Assembly (NCBI RefSeq): GCF_006345805.1
Contig: NC_043000.1
Location: 82,956,001 to 83,020,000 of the forward strand
DNA length: 64,000 nucleotides
Direction: 5' to 3'
DNA from: Octopus sinensis
Lineage: Eukaryota
The translations under genes were made by a program, and so were the position numbers. This document shows positions 10,986 to 24,212 of the stretch, piece after piece (the first letter of the stretch is position 1; each line of letters begins with the position of its first letter). A model generated the notes under the pieces. The model saw only the letters and a list, made by a program, of their open reading frames with translations. It was not told the DNA's origin and did not search any database.

Positions 10986-12273
10986 ATGGGTCCTAATATG
11001 TAGGAAGGCAGGCAAATCACAAACGCCTTCAGGTAGATGGCCCTGCTCGATCTGTAGAAAAGGCATAGGTAGAAACTCTATAAGATGCACCAAGTGTAAG
11101 CTATGGACACATAAGAGGTGCAGCAATGTCAAAGGAAGGCTAACTAGGAAGATAGATTTTGTATGTGGCAGATGCTCAGGAGCAATAAACACTGAAAATG
11201 CTCAGAGACCAACTTCCGCCACATTCCAGGGAGAAAAATTGTTGATAGCTTCTGGGGGCGGGTGTGCTGAAAGTGTAACTGCAAGAGTAAGAATAGCCTG
11301 GGCAAAGTTCAGAGAGCTCTTACCTCTGCTGGTGACTAAAGGCCTCTCGCTCAGAATAAAAGGCAGACTGTATGACGCATATGTACGAACAGCCATGCTA
11401 CATGGCAGTGAAACTTGGGCCGTGACTGCTGAGGATATGCGTAAGCTCGCAAGAAATGAAGCCAGTATGCTCCGATGGATGTGTAATGTCAGTGTTCATA
11501 CTCGACAGAGTGTAAGTACCTTGAGAGAAAAGTTGGACCTAAGAAGCATCAGTTGTGGTGTGCAAGAGAAACGTTTGCGCTGGTATGGTCATGTAGCGAG
11601 AATGGATGAAGATAGTTGTGTGAAAAAGTGCCACACTCTAGCGGTTGAGGGAACCTGTGGAAGAGGTAAACCCAGGAAAATCTGGAACAAGCTGGTGAAG
11701 CACGACCTTCGAACATTAGGTCTCACTGAGGAAATGACCAGAGATCGAGAACTTTGGAAGTATGCTGTGCGTGGGAAGACCTGGCAGGACAAGTGAGACC
11801 ATAACCCATGGCCTCTACCTGGGACGTAGCCAGCCCACTTATGCATACCTTTCCTTCTTGTGACACAAACCCTACTTGTGAAGACCTATTGAGGCAAGTG
11901 AAAATGTAAATCAAAATCGAAATCGATCAACATCAATGGAAATTGTAGCTGTGATACCAGTGCCGATGGCATGTAAGAGAACCATCCGAACGTGGCCGTT
12001 GCCAACGCCACCCCGACTGGCCTCCGTGCTGGTGGCACGTAAAATGCACCATCCAATTGTGGCCGTTGCCAGCCTCGTCTGACACCTGTGCAGGTGGCAC
12101 GTAAAAAGCACCCACTACACTCACGGAGTGGTTGGCATTAGGAAGGGCATCCAGCCGTAGAAACACTGCCAGATCAGACTGGGCCTGGCGCAGCCTTCTG
12201 GCTTCCCAGACCCCAGTTGAACCGTCCAACCCATGCTAGCATGGAAAACGGACGTTAAACGATGATGATGATG
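10986..12273 (+). mobile_element. RTE-clade LINE, 5'-truncated
   Basis: ORF 11239..11796 (ARVRIAWAKFRELLPLL...LHGSETW...RLRWYGHVARM...GRGKPRKIW) is the RTE ORF2 C-terminus. 3'UTR has short tandem repeats and a (GAT)n tail. Confidence 0.92.
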
Positions 12274-13050
12274 AAAGCTAATTATTAGAGCTCTATTTAC
12301 TTATAAACTAACTAAATGAGAATTATGGAAAATACAACAGATATGACATTAAATTAATATATGTTATAGGCATTTGTTCAACCATTTACATACGTTTTTC
12401 CTTAAAGAAAGGCCTTGCCCAAAATATCAAATATTAACTCTTGTCATGGCACACAGACTTAGTCTGTATTTTATTAACTGTGATCCAGGAAGATGTGAGA
12501 TGAGGGGGTGAAATATGATCTTTGAATGTTGAGTCTCATGGAGGTGACAACAAGTGCCTGAGACTTTTAGTGATTTGCTGTACTTCAGAAAACTCATCAA
12601 GCCAAGTAAAATCATAGTCATAGCCAGTGCTAGTGACATGCAAAAGGTACCTGTGCCAGTGACATGCAAAAGGTACCTGTGCCAGTGATGTGTAAAAGGC
12701 ACCTGTACTGGTGATATGTAGAAGACACCCAGTACACATAATGTGGTTGGCATTCAACTGTAGAGACCAAGCCAAAATAGATGACTGGAGCCTGGTGAAG
12801 CCCTCCGGCTTACCAGCTCCACTCAAAATATCTAACCCATGCCAGCATGGATAACAGACGCTATATGATGGTGATAATGATGATGTTGATGAATCCCCTT
12901 TAATTGATTGTTCATCAATATGAATGAATTTGTATATTTATTTATCTGTATCTATGCACTTACAATTGATCACTTTTCAGACACTTTGATCATACCATCA
13001 TATTTTCCAGCAACAGAGAGGTACCAATACTAAAATATAATTGTATGCAT

Positions 13051-13056
13051 TTTATT
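13051..13056 (-). promoter_or_regulatory. CFAP54: candidate polyadenylation signal AATAAA of CFAP54
   Basis: tttatt on the plus strand, about 23 nt past the stop codon. Confidence 0.4.
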
Positions 13057-13078
13057 CAGATAACATTAGCAATTACAT

Positions 13079-13204
13079 TTAAGTTTTTTCATTGAAAACA
13101 AGACTAGTTAACCAAACAGCTAGTTCTCCAGTAATAAGGTGTGACCCCACATTAACATTAAAGAGTTCCAGGAGGTGGTTTAAGTTGGTTTCTTCAAATG
13201 GCAT
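13079..13204 (-). CDS. CFAP54: CFAP54 last coding exon (MPFEETNLNHLLELFNVNVGSHLITGELAVWLTSLVFNEKT*)
   Basis: Acceptor ttcctcaacag|, phase 0. Resembles the human C-terminus VPFDISLPSIFNLERLFDLANG..LFNWIVS. Ends in TAA. Confidence 0.85.
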   Translation of the reverse strand: MPFEETNLNHLLELFNVNVGSHLITGELAVWLTSLVFNEKT

Positions 13205-13589
13205 CTGTTGAGGAAAGAAAAATGTATAATTTTCTAAACTTTGCATGAAAGAGAATGTATATGTAATTAAATTGATGAAACTAAATATTGCATACATTTA
13301 TCTATCTACTGTTCTGATATTTATTAGAACATCTGATATTGAAGTGTATATGGTTTTGGGCCCTGAACTTCTAGTAGGATTGTAGGGACCCTATAACATA
13401 TGGCGTGTTTTGGGAATGCTTTAATTCCTAATGGGCTATAACAGAGTAATAAGCTACAAAAGGTTTAGTTAAAGATCATCACTCAAAGGTATGGGAATGG
13501 AGAAAATAGACAAATCAGAGTAATTTAACATTTTTGTCGCATGAAGAATGCAAACTGGTTGGAGAAAGTTCAGAGATTTTTACCTCTGT

Positions 13590-14580
13590 TGGTAAAAAAA
13601 GGCCTCTCTGTCAGGATGGAAGGCAGATTGTGTGAAGCCTTTAGATGAACAGCAATGATACATGGCTGTGAATGTGGAGGACATGTAAAAACTTGAATGG
13701 AATGAAACAACTATGCTCTGATGGATGTGCAATGCCAGTGTAGCATGTACAACAAATTACAAATGAGCTTAAAGAAAAATTGGGTATTATAGGCATCAGC
13801 TGTGGTGTGCAGGAGAGAAGATTGTGCTGGTACAGTCATGTGATGAGGATGGATGAGGAGAGTTGTATAAAGAAGTGCCGATCACTGAACATAGAAGGAA
13901 CATGTGGAAGAAGTAGATCTAGGAAGATGCGGGATGAAGACTGATCTGGAGATGTTGAGCCTCTCAGAGAAGATGACAGGGGATAGAGATGAAAGACATT
14001 ATACTGTGCTTGAGAAGACTCATTCATCTCAGGATTCAGGCTCTGTCAGGTCTTCCCTCTCAACTCATCTTTTTCTTCACTTCTTGCTACACTGAACTGA
14101 TATCCTCTGTGTCTACCTCATTTCCTAACCCTCATCATCTGTCACACTATTTTCACTCAGAGCATTTCCTGCTCTGTCTTATATTCACATTGTATCTAGA
14201 CCTCACATTTCTTTCTTCTCTTTCCCTTTCTCTATCTCTCTTTCACTTTCCAGGCAAGCTATGTATTCGCCCCTTCAGCAGCACACTTACTCTTCTCCCT
14301 CTAACATTTAAAATATGGAGAATACAAATTTCTTTCTCTGGTCTATACTCTACTCAACTGAGAAGTCTTATCTTGTAGGTACTTGACAACCTCACTGGTG
14401 CTGGTGCCACGTACAAAAGCACTCAGTACATTCTGTTACGTAGCTGGTATTAGGAAGGGCATCCAGCTGTAGAAACCAAGTTAAAGCATAGAACATGGTG
14501 GAGTCCTCTGGCTCGTTTGTTGTTGTTGAACTGTTCAACCCATGCTAGCATAGAAAAAGGATTGTCAAATGATGACAGAG
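13590..14580 (+). mobile_element. RTE LINE 3' remnant, decayed
   Basis: Frameshifted similarity to the 11239..11796 region, plus the family 3' tail. Confidence 0.75.
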
Positions 14581-14875
14581 CATTAAAAAGCCAACTAGAA
14601 ATGAATTTGCACTGAATTAACAACTAACATTATTTTCATTCTTCTGGTATGTATGGAAGTAGTAATGAATGAATTACTAAAATGTATGTGCAACAGTGTA
14701 CATTTGTTGGTATATGAAAATAGAATTTTAAAAATTACATAATTCTGAGACAGTAACTGCATGAATAATAAATATTTGAAATCTTACATAGTTTCATCAG
14801 ATAATTCTTATGTACACATTTTTGTAAAAAGAGTTAACATACATGCAACAAATACTATAAAGGAACAATAATTAC

Positions 14876-14947
14876 TTGGGAAATGATGGATTTCAATGCT
14901 GGTGCAAATAATTTCTGAATTTCTTGCAGAATTGATAAAACATGTTT
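14876..14947 (-). CDS. CFAP54: CFAP54 exon (KHVLSILQEIQKLFAPALKSIISQ)
   Basis: ttttcag| and |gtaatt boundaries, phase 0-0, fits the neighbouring exons. Confidence 0.78.
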
Positions 14948-15306
14948 CTGAAAAATAATTAAGTTAATGAAAATATGTTTTTAATTAAAAATCATTATTA
15001 AAAAGCATAAATATCTTATTATCCTTTCTGCTTTAATGAAATCACATGTGTCTGTGCACCATTTTTCATATTAAGTGGCATCAGTTCTGAATCCCACAAT
15101 CACATCAGGGCCCAAAGAATTCATTTCAACACATGGCTATGATGCTCCCCCACTACTTCTGCTTGTGATCAAAGATGCACATATCGTCAGCCACGAAGGG
15201 ACATGCTCAACTGGTTAAGGTTAAGCAACTGACAAACAAATTTGCAGTATTGAGTAGAATATTTGCTGTAGAGCAAATCTGTGGTGTAGAGCTATTATTA
15301 TTATTA

Positions 15307-15347
<41 letters not shown>

Positions 15348-15436
15348 TTTATTTTTATTATTATTAGTTTTTTTGCAAAGTTGCATTTATTGTTAGCAGC
15401 TGGAGATTATAGAATTAGAAGCAGAGGAGAAACTAT

Positions 15437-15660
15437 TTAATTCTTTTGCATTCAGATTACTCTATCAAATATAATGCTTGTTTATTCATATTGCTTTGAA
15501 TTAAACATGCATTAAATTGTAGCTTCAAGATTTCAATAATGCGATTGCTTATTTTTAGAACAACATTGTCAGGTAAATGTAAGAGAGGCTGGATCTGGCC
15601 AACATAAAACATGTAGAAGATTTGAATCAGATGCAGCTAGTTTAAATGCTAAAGGGTTAA
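15437..15660. mobile_element. TTAA-flanked piggyBac-type MITE
   Basis: TTAA at both ends, right end gctaaaggg-ttaa. Related copies at about 31632-31845 and 46550-46810. Confidence 0.65.
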
Positions 15661-15728
15661 GCTGGTGATATAAATTTTCGATATAGCTAAAGAGATAATG
15701 TAAAATAGTGTTCATTGAGTAGAGTCAC

Positions 15729-15858
15729 CTGATTGTCTTGGGTTTCACTATCTGAAGCAAATGAACCAAATGACTTTTTTGAATGGAGAACAGGTTTTTT
15801 GTGTTTAGGATTCAAAGGTTTTTCAGTTATTTCCTTCATATGTATGGCTTTCTTGATG
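15729..15858 (-). CDS. CFAP54: CFAP54 exon (IKKAIHMKEITEKPLNPKHKKPVLHSKKSFGSFASDSETQDNQ)
   Basis: ttgtcag| and CAG|gtgact boundaries, phase 2-0, bridges the flanking exons in frame. Confidence 0.75.
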
Positions 15859-16259
15859 CTGACAAAATTAAATTAAAATAACTTTTAAGTAAGCAATTTT
15901 GTTGACAATAAATCGAAAGTGAAAAAGTATACATGTAAGAATAATTTAGTTAAAATCATCATCATCGTCATCATCATCATCATCATCATCATTTAATGTC
16001 CGTTTTTCATGCTGACTGGCAAGGCCAGGGGCTGTACTAGGTTCCATAGTCTGATTTGGCTTGGCTCATGTAGCTGGGTACCCTTCCTAACACCAACCAC
16101 TTTACAAAGTGTATCGGGTGCTTTTCAAATGAGGAGGAGTCAAAAGTATATAATTAAAATGAACAGAGTTGTGTTGTTTAAAGAATTCATACTCCAGACA
16201 CCTCATCACACTTATCTATCTCTTGCAGCTCCTACTAATAATTTATTTTTTCTGTTTCC

Positions 16260-17822
16260 CATTCCCTTACTAGATGTGAGAAGCCAGGTAGATCTTTTAC
16301 AAGAACTTGCTCTGACCCTCCCCTTCTCATGGTTTAATTTCCTTGTCCCCTATCATGAAACTGGCCCCCACATCCACCTAGGTTCACATTGCTGTGAGCT
16401 GCATGGCGACCTCAATAGTGCAGACCATCAAATCCATGAACCAAACAAAAAAAATCCGATGGGTTGAGATCGAGGCTTCTTGGGGGCCATATATCCTTGC
16501 CTATGACCGATGGAAATTTTCTGAATCCAGTGTTGTGCCTGTTTGGAGCTGTGGGATGGTGCTGAGTCCTCTTGGTAGACACTCCATAAGATGTACCCAG
16601 TGTAAGCTATGGAGACATAAGAGGTGCAGTAATATGAAAGGAAGGTTAACTGGGAAGATAGTTTTTGTGTGTTGCAGATGCACAGGGGCAATAAACACTG
16701 AAAATGTGCAGAAAACAGATTCCATCATATGCCAGGGGGAAAACTAGAAGTAGCTGATAGCTTCCATTACCTAGATGATCAACTCAGTAGCAGGGTGGAT
16801 GCTCTGAGAGCGTAGCTGCTAGAATATGATTAGCCTGGGCAAAGTTCAGAGAGTTCCTACCTCTGCTGGTAACAAAGGGCCTCTCACTCAGAGTGAAAGG
16901 TAGACTGGTATGATGCCTGTGTGTGAATAGCCATGCTACACAGCAGTGAAACACGGGCTGTGACTGCTGAGGACATAATAGGCTTGAAAGAAATGAAGCT
17001 TGTATGATCTGCTGGATGTGTAATGTCAGTGTGCACACACAACAGAGTGTAAGCACCCTGAGAGAAAAGTTGGACATATGAAGCATCAGATGTGGTGTGC
17101 AAGAGAGATGACTGCACTGGTATGATCATGTGTTGCATATGGATGAGGACAACTGTATGAAGAAGTGTCATACCCCAACAGTGGAAGGAACCTGTGGAAG
17201 AGGTAGACCCAGGAAGACACGGTATGAAGTGGTGAAGCATGACCTTCGAGTGTTGGATCTCACAGAAGCAATGGCAATGATAAGTGACTGAGACCCTTGG
17301 ATATATACTGTGCTTGAGGAGATCTGGCAAGCCAGGTGAGATCGTAGCTATGGCCAATACCAATGTCGTACAATTGGCCCATTTAAAAGTACACCTTCAA
17401 TTATCGAAGTTGTAGTCATGGTTGATGCCAGTGCCACCTGACTGGCACATAAAAAGCACCATTCAAGCAAGGCCAATGCCAGTGCTGCCTGACTGGCATC
17501 CATGCCAGTGGCACATAAAAAGCACCATTCGAGTGAGACCGATGCCAGTACCACTAGACTGGCACCTGTGCTGGTTGCATGTAAAGAGCACCATTCAAGT
17601 GTGGTCAATGCCAGTGCTGCCTGACTGGCTCCTGTGCTGGTGGCACTTAAAAAGCACCCACTACACTCTCAAAGTGGTTGGTATTAGGAAGGGCATCCAG
17701 CTGTAGAAACTTCACCAGATCAGATTGGAGCCCGGTGCAGCCTCCTGGCTTGCCAGTCTTCAATCAAACAGTCCAATCCATGCCAGCATGGAAAGCAGAC
17801 ATTAAATGATGATGATGATGAT
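16260..17822 (+). mobile_element. RTE LINE, 5'-truncated and decayed
   Basis: Cys-rich SIRCTQCKLWRHKRCS segment, ORF2 C-terminus with stops, tandem 3'UTR repeats, (GAT)n tail. Confidence 0.88.
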
Positions 17823-17948
17823 ACACTGAAATATTTCATTCATTTATTATGCTTTCACTAAATAGACCACTATTTTCTATCTTATGTTCAAAGTAGAAAT
17901 CAATTAATATGAAGCTAGATATAAAAACAGTAAAATATATACTGATAC

Positions 17949-18555
17949 CGTTTGTAAAGATCAACAGCAAATTTGCGTGGCAATATGAATTTGTTTGTGT
18001 AGCAGTAGTACTCATCTTGTTTAGTTTTTTTAGTCATGGAACAAAGAAGATGCATATTGTTTGACTCAGAATCATCTGGTAAGTTTTTTCGAGACAGAGA
18101 CTCAAATAAGGGACTATACCACTGGAAACATACTTCCTCAGATTTAGGATATGGTAAGGACCAAGGGAACATAGAGATAACTTTATGATTTACACTCAGG
18201 GAATCTTGTAATAAACCTTTTGCTGAACAATTCTCAAGATTTAGAGCTTTCAATGATTCAGATATGATATTTTGATCCTCTTCCATTATATTATTTAATG
18301 CGACAGCCAACTCTTCAACTTCAGCCGGAATGTTAATAGTAGAACAATACCGAGAAAATAATGGAAAATTGTTACTAAGAAAGGAATAAGTATTAGTATA
18401 TTGTAGCCTTATAGACTGATCAAGTGGCATAGAATACATGAAAGTTTTATAAAATGATTCTGGTGCTTCATCAGATTCAGAAGTGTCTTCTTGAAATGTT
18501 TCATTAGCAGAAACAATAGTTTGGTAAAGTTCATCAGACAAAGAAACCAAGTAAG
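17949..18555 (-). CDS. CFAP54: CFAP54 607-nt exon
   Basis: Lies within ORF 17915..18682. ttccacag| and CG|gtatca boundaries, phase 1-2. EVCFQWYSP matches human ELCFQWYIP. Confidence 0.88.
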
Positions 18556-20102
18556 CTGTGGAATAAATAGAAAATAGGTTATTTTTGGCAAGTATTTCAA
18601 GTTTGCTCAAGAAATATAATAATAACATGAAGAAGTCAATTCTGCAAAGATATTGATTATTATAAATATATGCTGTGTTCAATTTGGCACTGTTATGTGT
18701 AATTTCTTACCTCACTTCCACCCACATCACTTTATTTTTATTAAATTATTCCTTATATTGGGTAAAATAGAAATTTAATATTCATTACATACACACACAC
18801 ATATGAAAGATAATTTATGATTTTTAGTGAAAAAAACAAAAAGCACTCAACTATTCTTTTACTTGTTTCAATAATTTGACTGCTAAGTTATGGGGATGTA
18901 AACACACGAACAGCAGTTGTCAAGTGGTGACGAGGGGGACAAACACAGACACAAAATGCACACATAGATACATTCATATATATATATACATGACAAGAAT
19001 CTTTCAGTTTCCATCTAACAAATCTATTCACAAGGCTTTGGTTGGCCCAAGGCTATAGTACAAGACACTTGCTCAAGGTGCCGTGCAGAGGGACTGAACC
19101 TGGAACCATGTGGTTGAGAAGCAAGCTTCTTACTGCACAGCCATGCCTTATTAACAGTTATACTAAGATATAAGACTTGGAGTTTCATGTGAAGCTAACA
19201 ATTCTTTATACTCATCAGAAAGGCACATTACAAACGTTAACAACTCCCACCTACCCACCCAAAATGGCTGTTACAAAACTACTGCATGCAAAACCTTTCA
19301 AGAAAGATAAAAAAAGGGTTATTTTTTAAAATATTTTTCTTTATATAACCTGATTTTCCTTTCCAAAAACGCTTTGCATGCAAAGCTTCACTAGCAGCCA
19401 TCTTTTTATTATTTATTTTTGTTTTGGCAGTGTTTGACTTCAATTCATGATGATTCCATCTGATGATTGTGAAGCAATACTATCTTCACCTGAAACTCCA
19501 GCCCATAGGATTATACTGATACATATTGGAAAGGCAAATGATAAGGCTCGCAGACATTGGCCAGTGACCTGGCAGAAATTGAAAACTTGAATATGAAAGT
19601 AATAATTATACTAATTTCAAATTCTACAAACTATTAATAATTAGTGGTAATTGTATTATTCGAAAAAGTGTACAACAATTACTTAGATTTTGATTGCTCA
19701 ATAAGAAGATGCCATTGTGAAGTTTACAAAGGTAATAATAGATTTATCCATTATTAGATACCGTTAGATATGGTGGATGACTTAATTGTTTAAATTAAGA
19801 TTTGTGAGGATTTCAATAAAAGTAGTTTAGTAGAGTTGTAAGTAGAGTACAGTTGTTATCATCATCATTTAACGTCTGCTTTCCATGCTGGCATGGGTTG
19901 GACGTTTTGACAGGAGCTGGCTATATGGAAGACTGCACCATGCTTTTCTGTCTGTTTTGACATGGTTTTTACGGCTGGATACCCTTCCTCACACCAACCA
20001 CTCTGCAGAGTGGACAGTGTTCTGAGATATTTAATTTTGCATTTTTATGTTCTGAATCCACATCAAATGGAAATTAATAATAATCAACTAATAAACACTT
20101 AC

Positions 20103-20237
20103 AAAATATATGCATCCATGAAATCTTTGAGGAGCTTATAGCTTTTATTTTCTTCATTTGTTCTTCATCAGATTCTGTATTCTCAAACTTCTGAGGCTGG
20201 TTCTTCATCATTTCAGCATATTCTTTATCAAATTCAC
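20103..20237 (-). CDS. CFAP54: CFAP54 exon (EFDKEYAEMM...KISWMHIF)
   Basis: ttttttag| and |gtaagt boundaries, phase 1-1. ISWMHIF resembles human ITWILLL. Confidence 0.85.
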
Positions 20238-21880
20238 CTAAAAAAAAGATGAAAAGAAATAAGCAACAAAGTATGAAAGAATATTGTAATTTGTTTTAGT
20301 CAAAAATTAATTGTAAAGGTAGCAAATTGGAAAAATCATTAGTGTTGTAGATAATGTCTTGCATCTATTCCAGGTCATCTAGTTCAAGTCTTGCCACAGT
20401 CACCTTCACCATTCATCCTTCCAGATTTAATAAAAATCAAATACAGGTACAAAGCAGTGGACTGGCCAGACTGTTAGAGCTTTAGGGAAAATGCTTTGCG
20501 GTATTTGTTCAGTTTCTGTACAGAGTCAGAACATAAGTGGAGAACTTATACACATAGTAAGATGGTAACTTGAAAAAATTTCAATAGGAAGGCAATGAAA
20601 ACAAGTCACTAGGAGTTGTTCATTAACTTGATGGTACAAGTAATGAAAGAAAATTAGTTGTACATAAAATCTTAATTTACTTTTTCCATCTTTCTGCTAT
20701 TTTTCTCTTTTATTAACTGAGACTAATCTTTTTTAACATTCTAACATGCAGCAGAATTATTTCATGTGGTCAGATACCAACTCAAACTAACAACCAAAGT
20801 TTATTGCAAATAAGAAAAACCTTAATATGTTTAATTTCTGACTGAGAAAAAGGTTTACCATAATTAATTATTAGCTACAGAAGCAGCATTAGTACCAAAA
20901 GGCAATATTTATATCCAGCTTAATGTGGATGGCTTGTTAGAACAGCCAGTACTGTGTTACATGCCTTGAGAGGACCTCCTATATACCTGCTTGGTGCATA
21001 AATGCATACACAGATCATAGCAAATGATTTTTGTCTGCTACAATCTATGAAATGCTGTTTTCTTCAGGCATCATACCAATTTAGTAATTAAATGTAATTG
21101 GCCATGAAGCTGCTGTGATGAAATGTTTCTGCAGATGAAAAAACCCTTTATACATATATAATACAAAATTTTAATTTCAACTGAACATTCTACTCTTTAC
21201 ATTGAACATTACTTACTGTCACAAAACAGAAACAACTATCCTATCTCGCTTCAGAAAGGAAAAACAATTTACATAGCTAAAGAATTATACAACAATACCA
21301 TGTCAACTACCTGAAAGAAATAAAACCTCATTCTGAGCTAGGAACTAAATGAAGTTCTTCATAATTGTTACTCATGATAAACAGTCTTTAGCTGTTGGTT
21401 GACAATGCTACATGTCAAAGGTTGGTTTCCTTCTAATAAAACAGAACTTTATCAGTGTGAAGGATGATTTCTTTGATAGAAAACCTCATTTCATTTAATC
21501 ACTGTTGTTTTTAATTATTATAGGTCAAGTTAGTGTTAATGTTGCAAAATAGTGACTTTTATTTCTATCCAATGATACATGAAATAAAAGAACTAAAACA
21601 AATTACCATACATTTGTGTTCAAATCCTGTTACTACAATTATTGTGTAGTCTCTGTGCAAAAACTCCTCCATGCAAGTAAGGATGGAGTTAGCACATAGA
21701 TAGAATCTACCTTTTAGTCACTCATCTCACAAACCTGGATGTTATATCAATGACATCCAGGTTAAGTAGTAACCATGGCTAAAAGTCACATATTTTCTTC
21801 CCATCTATGAATAAAACAAGAAACAGTCAAGAAATATATGGGAAAATATGTAAAACAAAATAAAACAAAATCAATGTTAC

Positions 21881-22148
21881 ATTCATATTTTATCCTTTTC
21901 TTCCCGAGCACATATTTCGCAAATATATCCATATTGATAAAATCTGGTATTTTGCTGATCAATTTTGATGATATGTCAGCTTGAGATGCAAGTTTCAGAG
22001 ATCCTCTTAAACTTATTTCTTGCATGTGTTTATTTGAAAGAACTGCTGTAGTTCGTATGACCAACCAAGCAAGCATCGCTATGTATTTTTCTCTTTGTGG
22101 ATGCAGAAGAATGATGCGGTTTTCATACTCATTCTTCCCTGTTTTTAG
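21881..22148 (-). CDS. CFAP54: CFAP54 exon (LKTGKNEY...LAWLVIRTTA...IPDFINMDIF...)
   Basis: ctttcag| and |gtaaca boundaries, phase 0-1. Matches human LAWIAIRAAA...IPEFAALDLL. Confidence 0.87.
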
Positions 22149-22386
22149 CTGAAAGTGAAAGAAAGGATACTTTACAAAATTGGTTAAGGCAGTTGATTAT
22201 ATACACATTCTATCAAAATAAATATACAGTTTATGTTATTATGACAAAATCTCATCATAACAGCTTTGACAAGTTTCTCAATCTTTCTTATTCTTTTTCA
22301 TTTTGCATCCTTTAGACCGATAATGGAAGGCAAGGTTTATGATATTGGGAGAATATTGTCTTCTTCCATCATCTTTTTGTTCTTCA

Positions 22387-22798
22387 TGTTGTTCAGGCTT
22401 CTGGCAGGCGAAGAGAGAAGACTTCAAGTACAAATGCTATATACAACTGGTTTTATTTACAGGTTTTACAGGATAGGTGAAGTGTGCTGCTCTCAGTGAC
22501 CATCTTAAGCTGTGTGCGTTGTGCAGTAGCTCCGTTAGTGCGGGTGCATTGCCTCTGGGGATACAACCTATAGACAGGTCCAGCCAGTGGTGGTGTTCAG
22601 CCAGTGCTGCTGTGAAGGTGGCGCCAAAAGAGAAAGATTTGAATCGGGTTTTCCCTTTATATAGTTTTCCATTGTGAGCCTTGTTGTGATCTCGCGCATG
22701 GCAAATGGATGCAGGGGAGGTCTTGCTCCAGTCTCAGAGATGGCAATGGCTGCTGCAAGATCTCATCCACTATGGTGCTGACTGCTTGTGCCACTACA
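22387..22798 (-). mobile_element. probable solo LTR
   Basis: Minus strand begins TGTAG and ends CAACA. TATATAAA at 22663-22656 followed by AATAAA at 22457-22452. GC-richer than its flanks. No TSD recognised. Confidence 0.5.
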
Positions 22799-23137
22799 GA
22801 CCTATTCTACAGATTCTGCTTTCTTCTGAGTCTAATTTTATCTGAATCCTGCTTTCTTATCCCTTTTTCAACATAATGAAATGCTTTTACCTATACTACA
22901 AAACACCTGATGTTATCAGCTATTCATTACTCCTTTTAACATAAGTGCCTATTATGTTTGCTTCCTTTTTAAGTTATAATTACATCTTCTACTCTAACTT
23001 CACCAAAGAATGGAGTTAGTACATACATAAAAACTACCTTTTAATCACTCATCTCACAAACCTGGATGTTATATCAATGACATCCAGGTAAGTAGTAACC
23101 ATATCACCATGATTAAAAGTCACATATTTCAATTCCT

Positions 23138-23361
23138 TTAACCCCTTGTTACCATATTTCTATTGAACTACACTCTTTTTTTTTATTAATTTTGAAAATA
23201 AAGAATTTAATAAAATAACTTTATGATTGTCAACCTGGATTTTGGAAGATAAATTGACATGGAATTTTAATGGAAGGTTTTGGTTTAGATTACTTGAAAA
23301 CAGGAAATTTGTATAATAGAAGTAGGGGTGAGCTCAGGTGGGTTGGTACCAAAAGGGTTAA
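23138..23361. mobile_element. TTAA-flanked piggyBac-type MITE (second family)
   Basis: ttaa-cccc...aaaaggg-ttaa. Inverted copy at 40872..41096. Confidence 0.7.
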
Positions 23362-24009
23362 GTTTACCAACAAACTTAACAATTTCATAGATTCATCTTA
23401 CTATTAACAGTTATTCAATTATTTCTCTTCTTTCACTGAGTAAATTCACTACAATGTTTCTTTCTCTAAAGACAGACATTATACGTTTACCCAAAGCACT
23501 AACTTCACTCTGTACAGAAGTCAAAGTTATTACCATTCCAAACAACTTACATCACACCAATCTCATCTTTTTTACCTAAAGTGCCCCATCCACTGAGTCT
23601 TTATAGATTCTTTCTGATTTCTAAATCCAATCACTTTTCAGGTACCTGTATGACCATTCCTGTCTCAGTACTGCATTTCACTTCACATCAATACAGAAAA
23701 GTATTTGTTTTGTGCATTCTTTGGTTTGACTAAAAATTAGCTGGAGTTTTGCCATATATTGATCACCTTTGGCAGCAACTGAGATTCTCCAAGGATCACT
23801 TATCTTTTATTTTTTACTTGTTTCAGTCATTTGACTGTGGTCATGCTGGGGCACTGCCTTGCTTGGGAAAACTTTGATGAAAGCAATGTTGTCAACTTTG
23901 CCATCAGTTAAAGTTTTGATGTAAACCTCTTAGTAAAGTTACCTGTCTATGAGCTTCATTTGTATATTATCTCTTGGATTAAAGGTTCTTACCATGCCTT
24001 TTAAATATG

Positions 24010-24176
24010 TAGGTGCAGGAGTGGCTGTGTGGTAAGTAGCTTGCTTACCAACCACATGGTTCGAGGTTCAGTCCCATTGCATGGCACCTAGGGCAAGTGT
24101 CTTCTACTATAGCCTTGGGCCAACCAAAGCCTTGTGAGTGAATTTGGTAGAAGGAAACTGCAAGAAGCCTGTTGTA

Positions 24177-24212
<36 letters not shown>

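Noticed and set aside
11955-12115. CRISPR-like spaced repeats (ggtggcacgtaaaa...), also at about 12625-12730 and 17420-17660
   Set aside because: These are tandem repeats in RTE LINE 3'UTRs. The spacers resemble each other, there are no cas genes, and the context is eukaryotic.
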